NCBI GenBank assembly: GCA_052168235.1
Contig: JBQLZK010000038.1
Coordinates: forward strand, 46,818-70,559
Direction of reading: 5' to 3'
Length of the DNA stretch: 23,742 nt
Source: Thainema sp.
Lineage (GTDB): Bacteria; Cyanobacteriota; Cyanobacteriia; Phormidesmidales; Phormidesmidaceae
The translations under genes and the position numbers were made by a program. A model generated the notes under the pieces. The model did no database searches. It was not told the DNA's origin and saw only the letters and a program-made list of their open reading frames with translations. Shown here piece by piece: positions 8,874-15,735 of this stretch (position 1 is its first letter; each line of letters starts with the position of its first letter).

Positions 8874-8905
8874 ATCCGAAAACGGTCAGTGCGATCCGAA
8901 AACGG
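8874..8905 (-). promoter_or_regulatory. Tandem 12-bp direct repeat ATCCGAAAACGG (20-bp period); candidate AraC-activator site
   Basis: Exact copies at 8874-8885 and 8894-8905, between araC and the receptor promoter. AraC-family proteins typically bind direct repeats about two helical turns apart. Confidence 0.6.
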
Positions 8906-8926
8906 ACTTAGGGGACAAGAACAACA

Positions 8927-9931
8927 TTAGACCAAACGCCTTGTGCGGCAGAGTGAACCATTGATACACTCGCTGGGTGTGATGCCGAATTGCTGTTTGA
9001 AAGCGGCAGCGAAATGACCGAGGTGGGTGTAGCCGACTTTGTTGGCCACTTCTGCGACGGTATATTGATTTTGCCGCAGGAGCTGCTCGGCTTGGATCAT
9101 GCGCTGCTGCTTGAGATAGCCGATCACGCTGGTGCCAAAGAGCTGATGAAATCCACGACGCAATGTGCGATCGCACACTCCCACCTGAGCAGATAGCTCA
9201 GTGATAGAGGGAGGCTGCTCTAGCTGATTCGTCAGAATAGCCTTTGCTTGATAGATACATTCTACCGTCTGGGGTTTAAGGGAAGAGGTTGCCGAGGACG
9301 GCTTTAGCTCCGTTGAAACGGCATCAAGCTGTAATGCCAGCAGTTCAAAAACTTTAGCCTGTAGGTAGAATCGGCGCGCACTGTTTTGCAGTGGACACTG
9401 CATCATCTGCTGCACAACCGCTCGTATCTGAGGCGTGACCGGAGGAAACCAAGCGGTTTTCCAATCATCAGCCTTCAGCAACAGGTGACGGAGTGCAGAA
9501 GACTCTTCGGTTAACAATGGTTCAACGGCTTCAGGGCTAAAGTGAATATTGATGCCCTTTAACTGACGCGATCGCCCATATTTGGCCGTGTAGCCAGGTG
9601 AGATGCCGCTACCCGAAAAGTAGCTCTGTCCGGCTCGTAGCGCTGGATAAACCACGTCATAATCCACAACCCCTGACAGCAGGACAGTAATTTGCACTAA
9701 ATGCTCATGGCTAGGAACTTTCAATGCCCAGGATTGGGTAAATTCTTTATCGATGAAATCGAGCCAAATTCCAGATAATAGTTCAATGCCGTATGTCGAA
9801 CCACGTCCCAAAGCAGATGGTAGCCAGCGATGCGTTTCGCCCATATTGAAGCAGCTTGGGTGCATTGGCTGTCGGGAACTCGTCTCTTGCGAGAGTTCAT
9901 CATAGTCTGCTACAGAAAGCACTAAAGTCAT
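8927..9931 (-). CDS. AraC-family (PchR-like) transcriptional regulator
   Basis: C-terminal double HTH (PPSITELSAQVGV..RTLRRGF.QLFGTSV.GYL...RM..A...VAEVANKVGY..LGHFAAAFKQQFGITP) and YLQAKVFELLAL. Adjacent to the siderophore receptor. Confidence 0.92.
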   Translation of the reverse strand: MTLVLSVADYDELSQETSSRQPMHPSCFNMGETHRWLPSALGRGSTYGIELLSGIWLDFIDKEFTQSWALKVPSHEHLVQITVLLSGVVDYDVVYPALRAGQSYFSGSGISPGYTAKYGRSRQLKGINIHFSPEAVEPLLTEESSALRHLLLKADDWKTAWFPPVTPQIRAVVQQMMQCPLQNSARRFYLQAKVFELLALQLDAVSTELKPSSATSSLKPQTVECIYQAKAILTNQLEQPPSITELSAQVGVCDRTLRRGFHQLFGTSVIGYLKQQRMIQAEQLLRQNQYTVAEVANKVGYTHLGHFAAAFKQQFGITPSECINGSLCRTRRLV

Positions 9932-10026
9932 AGGACATGGGCTTCACCTGGTGAGCTGTAGGCGAAGTATACTAACGGTATTGGTGGATCTAAAAACTAA
10001 GTTGTTCAGCCTTCAATCCTACACTT

Positions 10027-10045
10027 AATGAGACTTGATCTCAAC
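10027..10045. promoter_or_regulatory. Possible Fur box upstream of araC
   Basis: AATGAGACTTGATCTCAAC: TGAGA-N5-TCTCA dyad about 95 bp upstream of the araC start. Confidence 0.45.
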
Positions 10046-10091
10046 TAAATGTAATTTTGATGCCGACTGGTGGATATGCAGTGGCTCATAC

Positions 10092-11216
10092 TCACTTCAG
10101 CCACTTGCGAGCTTTGTAATACGCTTCCCAGTTGTGATCTTTCTGGGCGCGACCTTTGACCACCACGTTGAAATAGTGCGTGAGCTTTTTGGCATCTTCC
10201 GGATTGTCTTTAAGCACCGTGCCGACTAGATTGCGAACTACATGTTCACTGGTGACGGTGCCGTCTCCCAGATAGTAAGCATCGAGTCCGGCAGAGACGC
10301 TGACGGCGACGGCTTCGGCAGTGGACATGACGGTAGTGGGGCGCTCGACGACGGTGCCTTCCTGGGTGCGGCCCGATCGCAGATCGTGAAACGTGCTGAC
10401 GAGAAGCTCAATCACATCCGGTGCGATCGCAACTGGAACCTCCGATTCAGCCAGCAGCGACTGGGTTTGATCCAGCACAAGCTGCCGCTCTAGGGCCGGA
10501 TTAGCAATCGGCGCAACGGTTTCAAAGTTGAAGCGGCGCTTCAGGGCGCTGGACATTTCGTTCACACCGCGATCGCGGATATTAGCGGTACCAATCACGT
10601 TAAACCCCTTTTGAGCCAGCAGCACCCGTTCGGCTCCATCCAGTTCGGGAATCATCAGCACCTTGTCGGACAGGACGCTGACCAGCGAATCTTGGATTTC
10701 CGGTGGGCAGCGGGTGATTTCCTCAAAGCGCACCAGTTTTCCCTGACTCAGTCCCACGTAGAGCGGCGAGGGCACCAGCGCCTTGGGGCTTGGCCCTTCT
10801 GCAATCAGCAGGGCGTAGTTCCAGGAGTACTTGATTTGGTCTTCCGTGGTGCCCGCCGTGCCTTGAATCGTGTTGGTGGAATCGCCGGAAATGGCGGCAC
10901 AGAACAGCTCGGACAGCATTGACTTAGCGGTGCCCGGTTCGCCCACTAGCAATAGCCCTCGATTGCCTGCCAGGGTGACAACACAGCGATCGACCAGCGC
11001 GTCATCGCCATAAAACTTCTGGGTAATGGTAGTACTGAGCGTTTTGCGACCCTGCTTGTAGCTGAGCGCTGCGCCATTGGAACCCAAGATAAACGTGCGT
11101 ACCGCACGGGGAGACAGCCGCCAGCCAGGTGGTTTGGGATGGAGATCATTGGCTGCGATCGCAGCTAGCTCGGCGGCATAGCGGACTTCAGCGGGTGGAC
11201 GAACGGTATTGCTCAT
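10092..11216 (-). CDS. yehL: MoxR-type AAA+ ATPase, YehL subfamily
   Basis: RPPAEVRYAAEL...KPPGWRLSP.AV N-terminus; Walker A GEPGTAKS; IQGTAGTTEDQIKYSWNYALL; Walker B RFEEITR; sensor I TANIRDRGVNEMSSALKRRFNF. Confidence 0.88.
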   Translation of the reverse strand: MSNTVRPPAEVRYAAELAAIAANDLHPKPPGWRLSPRAVRTFILGSNGAALSYKQGRKTLSTTITQKFYGDDALVDRCVVTLAGNRGLLLVGEPGTAKSMLSELFCAAISGDSTNTIQGTAGTTEDQIKYSWNYALLIAEGPSPKALVPSPLYVGLSQGKLVRFEEITRCPPEIQDSLVSVLSDKVLMIPELDGAERVLLAQKGFNVIGTANIRDRGVNEMSSALKRRFNFETVAPIANPALERQLVLDQTQSLLAESEVPVAIAPDVIELLVSTFHDLRSGRTQEGTVVERPTTVMSTAEAVAVSVSAGLDAYYLGDGTVTSEHVVRNLVGTVLKDNPEDAKKLTHYFNVVVKGRAQKDHNWEAYYKARKWLK

Positions 11217-11218
11217 GA

Positions 11219-14200
11219 TTAGTACTCCACTTTTTTCTTCCAGTCAGCATCGTAGCCGCCGCCTTGATGCGCTATTGTTTTCAGGTCGTTCCAGCTTTCA
11301 CTCAGCAGCACGGGCGGAATGCTGCTCAGTGAAAGCTTGGGACGGTGATAGAGGTAGGATGACTCCCCTTCCTCTGGCAGTTGGTAGAATGCCAAATCAA
11401 TCAGGGCAACGGTGCGGTTTTCCTCTGGCAAGTAGTTGCCGCTGAAGTTGATCACCGCTTCAATGCCCAGCCCCGTATAGGATTTGCGATAGTCGTAGAA
11501 CCAGCCCGCATCTTCCGTTTGACCCCGCGTATAGCCGCGCTTGGTTGCCAAACCGCGCAGTTGAAACGCTTCAATCAGATAACCTTCAAAATTAGCCATC
11601 TCCGTGTTCTGCTGCTGCTCCTTTGGTAAGACATAGGAATCGGCAGGGAACTGCTGCAACAGGGGCGGCACTTCATAATCGGCCAGATGGGTTTGCCAAG
11701 CCTCAATCACATCGGCGGGCAGAGTGCAGCTATGGGCTAGCCGAACCGATGCGTCGGCAGCGGGCGTCACTTCTTCATCGTCGGCATCGGTCAGTGTCCG
11801 ATCCTCCAGCGGGCGAAACGTCTGCACCAGCGTATCGCCGTCATAGATGGCCCAAATTAACTGCTGGCAGTAGCGCCCGACAATTGGATGCTGATTCAGG
11901 TAGGTGTCCCAGTCGGCAAACGGCCAAGCCCGCTGCGTACACATGGCTTCATAAAGTCGCTCTCGCTGCATTTTCAACACTTGCTTGAGCTGCTTTCTAG
12001 CATCGGCCAGTTGCTTCTTGGCGGCTTTCACCTGTTCAGGGTCATCATCTTTACGAGCGGCAGGTAGAGACTTGATCACCTTACCGTCTGAGTTTTTCAG
12101 CACCAGGCTCATATCGACATCCAGCAGCAGCATAAACTGGCGGCTACCGTAATCGAGGGTTTGCTCAATGCCCTGGTCAAACCCGGCAGTGGGAATCGTG
12201 CGATCGCTCAGCTCATCGCGACTCCAGCTATTGCGCTCAGCCAGCTCTGTGACCAGCTTTTCGGCTTCCTTCTGGATGCCCTTGGTGCGAAAGCGATTGG
12301 CAACCGACAGCAGTAACTGAATGGCGCTATTATGTTCTGTCCAGGCCAGAACCTGTAGCAGCGCCTTGCACTGAGCCATCCGCATCCCGTACCAGGTGGT
12401 GAGGTAGTGATTGATCGGTGCGATCGCACGTGTACCACAGCAGGCCGCTGCGATCGCTAAGATCCCCTTTTCCTTGATGGCGCTGCCCAAACACTGGTTG
12501 AGAAGCTCGTTGTAGTAGCGCTGATACAGCTCATCGTAGGTGACCTGATAGTAGGTGGAGTTGGGATACTGCTGCTGATACTGCTGGTAGTACTGGAAAT
12601 CCTGCTGCGCCCGCTTTTGCGCTTTCTGATCCGCTTCTTGGGGAGTATGAGCAGGGGCAGTATCGTGAGCAATCCAGCTTTCTAGGATGAACTGTCCGAT
12701 AACTTCCCGCTCATCGGGCTTCCACATCTCGACATAGCGCTTCAAAATTGGCCCTGGTTCCGGTGTTTTTTGCTTCCAGCACTGGAGGAGCAGACCTTTA
12801 ATGATATCGGTGGCGACGGGTTGGCCCGTATCCTGCCAGTGAATAATAGGTAGAGCGTTAAACGGGAACCACTTGAGCGCTGCGGGTATTCCTTTTTGCA
12901 GCAGTTTCTGGCTATCTTTGAGCAGGTTGTCGCGGTCGAGAAACTCGTCTACCGATGCGCCTAGCTTTTCTAGCGATCGCAACATGATGTCTTTGGCGGC
13001 GTCACTTTTTTCTTTTTTCAAGGCTTGCTTGAGCGGTGCGATCGCAGTTGCATCTCCCCGGTTGCCCAGCCATTCGGCGGTAATGGTGCGCATGTTTCGA
13101 TTCGGGTCAGTAAGTCCCGCTAGGACGCGATCCAGCGTTTCGTCAAATTCATTTAAGCAATCCTGTACGATTTCCCGTTCATTTTTGGCCCCTTCAAAAG
13201 CCAGCTTCCACAGCAGAGGCAAGAGCTGAGCAGGCGGCTGCGGAAAGGTTTTGAGGATTCTAAAGGCGTTTTTTCGCTGTCTTTTTTGCGTGTAATAACT
13301 CGTTGACCAGCTATCTCCAACCGCAGGAGCGAAGGCATCTTCTAAAAGTTGCGATCGCTCTGCAAAATAAGGCCAAATTGCGTCCTTACCCCAACGCCAA
13401 AATGCACTGTCTCCCCAAGCGCTGAGAATTTCATCTCCAATTCGCTCTGGCCTGAGCTGTAAAGCCTCTAAAACGACAGCTAGCTCTCGTAGGTCTTTTA
13501 ACTGATCAGGATGATGATTCCGATAAAGCAGAAGCAGATTATGTCCTTCATGGAGAAATAAATCATTTGAATAATGCGATTCAGTGCTATTCAAATGACC
13601 TATCAAAATTAGCAATCGAATGGCGTGAATCGGCTGTAGCTCATTTAATGCTAACAGGTCTTTGATCTCGTCATAAAGACGGTTCCGTTGGTTAAAGCGA
13701 TTTGTTTGACCAAGATATTCTACACATTGATGATGCAAACAGTCCTGATAGGTTCCACTCTGTAGAACTTCAACTAACCGTGCTAAAGTTGCTGTTGTAT
13801 AACCATCGTGTTGATCTAGAATCGCACTAAATCGCTGCAGTGCTTCCTCTTCATCAAGCTGAGGATTGGCTTTGATTTCATCGAGTAATTGAAGAACTTG
13901 ATCTGTGTTTTGTTTATCAAAATAACTGCTTATGAAATGAATCTCGTGAGGTTGACCTGATAAATGAGCTTTTTTAAGTATTTGAAATAGATTTTTGCAT
14001 GATTCAACTCGGTGTTGATTGGAGCTATCAGCTAATTGTCTGAGTAGATCGGTTGTACTTTTGGGAACTGGAGCATCGAATTGAACTTCTGATAAAGGTG
14101 GCAGCGATACAGTTTCGTTTGTGATTTCTGCTTCAGTTGGCGTAACCAAAAACTGTTCAATGGCAGAGCGAACTTTAGCCGCTTTTTCCACTTCGAGGCG

Positions 14201-15142
14201 TGATTCCAGGAAAGGCTGAATCTCTGCACCAGCCAGATCCCAAAGAAGTTTAACCGCGTATTGACGTTCGCTGGCGCTACCCGATTCCGCTTTGGCTTGG
14301 AGCAGCGGAATCGCCGCTTGAGCCTCTTGTTTCAGCAAATCGGCAGCAGACTCGCGCTCTTTCTTGGATGACGAAACCGCCAACGTTGCGATCGCAGCCA
14401 CCCACGTTTCAATCGGCACCTCCGCCTGTCTCAGCATTTGCAGCGCATGAATTCTGCGATCGCGCTCAGTTTGCTGTAGCGCTTCCTGCACAATCGACGC
14501 ATATTGCAAGGTGTAGTCTACAAAGCCTTTGACTTTGATGGCTTGGTTAGCAAGGCTTTGCTGCTGGTAATCTTTCGGATCAGCACAGTAGACCACCCGC
14601 GCTAACGCTCCGGCTGATTCGCCCGCTTCCACATACAGCGCATCTACAATATCGGCTGAAATCAGCGGTTCTTCTTTTAGGCTGTTGCGAAGAGAACGAC
14701 GATACTGCGTCATCATCTGTAGAAACTGCGGCAGTCGGTCTTTTAGAGGCGGTAGATGAACAGTGCCAGAGGGATGAATTCCACTCCCAAACATGCCACA
14801 CATCATCATGCTGAGCCGACCATAAAACCCCGGCTCAGATACAGGATTATCCGTCAACCACACAAGTAGCCGCTCATTACCGCCTTGACTGAGGAGGAAA
14901 AGTGCAGGAATACCAGAGCGAAAGAATCCTACTGGGTTCGTCATCTGGCTCTGCTGATTGAGTTGCTGATGAGTGATTGCGATTACCTCTTCAATCACCG
15001 CTTCATCATCACCGTCAACGAGGTAGCACAACAGCCGATCTGAGAAATCGCTGTCGAGTTCATTAAACGGCTGAAGCGCCTGCTCCAGCGAGGTCAGCGC
15101 GTCTTCAGAAAGATTCAGCGAATTCTTTAGGTCTGTCAGCAT
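11219..15142 (-). CDS. Large DUF4132-domain protein with HEAT/alpha-solenoid repeats (YehI/MolR-like)
   Basis: C-terminal DELSDRTIPTAGFD...LDYGSRQF...GK.IKSLP..RKDDD...Q.ERLYEAMCTQR.W...HPIVGRYCQQLIW...V.LAH...W..HLADYE..P..QQ...PVLLSE. HEAT-like RTITAEWLGNRGD..AIAPLKQALKKE. Stop lies 2 nt before the yehL start. Confidence 0.85.
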   Translation of the reverse strand: MLTDLKNSLNLSEDALTSLEQALQPFNELDSDFSDRLLCYLVDGDDEAVIEEVIAITHQQLNQQSQMTNPVGFFRSGIPALFLLSQGGNERLLVWLTDNPVSEPGFYGRLSMMMCGMFGSGIHPSGTVHLPPLKDRLPQFLQMMTQYRRSLRNSLKEEPLISADIVDALYVEAGESAGALARVVYCADPKDYQQQSLANQAIKVKGFVDYTLQYASIVQEALQQTERDRRIHALQMLRQAEVPIETWVAAIATLAVSSSKKERESAADLLKQEAQAAIPLLQAKAESGSASERQYAVKLLWDLAGAEIQPFLESRLEVEKAAKVRSAIEQFLVTPTEAEITNETVSLPPLSEVQFDAPVPKSTTDLLRQLADSSNQHRVESCKNLFQILKKAHLSGQPHEIHFISSYFDKQNTDQVLQLLDEIKANPQLDEEEALQRFSAILDQHDGYTTATLARLVEVLQSGTYQDCLHHQCVEYLGQTNRFNQRNRLYDEIKDLLALNELQPIHAIRLLILIGHLNSTESHYSNDLFLHEGHNLLLLYRNHHPDQLKDLRELAVVLEALQLRPERIGDEILSAWGDSAFWRWGKDAIWPYFAERSQLLEDAFAPAVGDSWSTSYYTQKRQRKNAFRILKTFPQPPAQLLPLLWKLAFEGAKNEREIVQDCLNEFDETLDRVLAGLTDPNRNMRTITAEWLGNRGDATAIAPLKQALKKEKSDAAKDIMLRSLEKLGASVDEFLDRDNLLKDSQKLLQKGIPAALKWFPFNALPIIHWQDTGQPVATDIIKGLLLQCWKQKTPEPGPILKRYVEMWKPDEREVIGQFILESWIAHDTAPAHTPQEADQKAQKRAQQDFQYYQQYQQQYPNSTYYQVTYDELYQRYYNELLNQCLGSAIKEKGILAIAAACCGTRAIAPINHYLTTWYGMRMAQCKALLQVLAWTEHNSAIQLLLSVANRFRTKGIQKEAEKLVTELAERNSWSRDELSDRTIPTAGFDQGIEQTLDYGSRQFMLLLDVDMSLVLKNSDGKVIKSLPAARKDDDPEQVKAAKKQLADARKQLKQVLKMQRERLYEAMCTQRAWPFADWDTYLNQHPIVGRYCQQLIWAIYDGDTLVQTFRPLEDRTLTDADDEEVTPAADASVRLAHSCTLPADVIEAWQTHLADYEVPPLLQQFPADSYVLPKEQQQNTEMANFEGYLIEAFQLRGLATKRGYTRGQTEDAGWFYDYRKSYTGLGIEAVINFSGNYLPEENRTVALIDLAFYQLPEEGESSYLYHRPKLSLSSIPPVLLSESWNDLKTIAHQGGGYDADWKKKVEY

Positions 15143-15182
15143 CTAGACTTGTCCTCATCAACTCAGTCAGCCAGAAATAGCC

Positions 15183-15455
15183 TTCACATCTTGCACCGAA
15201 ACCTAGAAGGGTTATTTTGCCGCCGCATGTATTTGTTGAGCGCGACACTCTGCATAGATCCCCCTAAATCCCCCTTAAAAAGGGGGAACTTTGAGCCAGA
15301 GTTGGAATAGCCCCTTTTTTCTAAGCGCAGCCATGCCCGAAGGGCTATAGGGGGCGGTGACAGCGGGGGATCATACGGCTACGCTAAACACTTACCGCCG
15401 CATCGCGGCGGCAATAATAACATCTTCGGGTTCTCAAAGTGCAAGGTGCAAATAT
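15183..15455 (-). mobile_element. Family A MITE-like element copy 3 (reverse orientation), interrupted by a second element
   Basis: 15183-15228 joined to 15404-15455 aligns with the reverse complement of 4644-4746. Confidence 0.75.
15229..15395. mobile_element. 167-bp MITE-like insert with imperfect 14-bp TIRs and 8-bp target duplication CGCCGCAT
   Basis: Direct repeat CGCCGCAT at 15221-15228 and 15396-15403. Left end GTATTTGTTGAGCG versus reverse-complemented right end GTAAGTGTTTAGCG (11/14). Internal GATCCCCC...GGGGGATC palindromic repeat. Confidence 0.75.
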
Positions 15456-15515
15456 CCTGCCTTAGATTGCCCACTTTTCGTACAACAATCTCTGGCAGTC
15501 TCCAAACACTGTGCT

Positions 15516-15543
15516 TTGACAATCGAATCAAATATAGTACAAT
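15516..15543 (+). promoter_or_regulatory. Candidate sigma70-type promoter for the yehM-P-Q-like unit
   Basis: TTGACA 15516-15521, 16-bp spacer, TACAAT 15538-15543. Confidence 0.45.
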
Positions 15544-15629
15544 TGAACCATGAAACTCGTATTAATTTATACTCCATCTTTATTCGCTTGAGCAAGTTAT
15601 AACCGTGGTTTGAGTTGAGACTGTAATTC

Positions 15630-15664
15630 AACGTTGTAACGTTCGAACGTTTTAACGTTTTAAC
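15630..15664. repeat. Tandem 8-mer AACGTTNN x4
   Basis: aacgttgt-aacgttcg-aacgtttt-aacgtttt-aac. Confidence 0.75.
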
Positions 15665-15735
15665 CTATCTCACTACTGCTTAACTGATATCAAAATCCTC
15701 AAATTTGGGATAACTACTGATATAGAAATTTCCCC

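Noticed and set aside
11219..15142. Annotation of the DUF4132 protein as a molybdate metabolism regulator (MolR)
   Set aside because: The name is a legacy label for E. coli homologues; there is no HTH or molybdate-binding motif and no mod genes in the window.
4644..15455. Inversion of about 10.4 kb between oppositely oriented family A copies as the cause of the split yeh locus
   Set aside because: No swapped target duplications are visible, and the inversion would not make yehL adjacent to yehM; unsupported without comparative genomes.
15357..15631. Short ORFs 15357-15602 (+) and 15434-15631 (-) as a missing yehK-like gene or regulator
   Set aside because: They run through mobile-element and promoter DNA and show no recognisable motif.
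15630..15664. AACGTT repeats (and the 14-mer array at 21486) as a CRISPR array
   Set aside because: Units are 8-14 bp, tandem, without spacers, and no cas genes are present.
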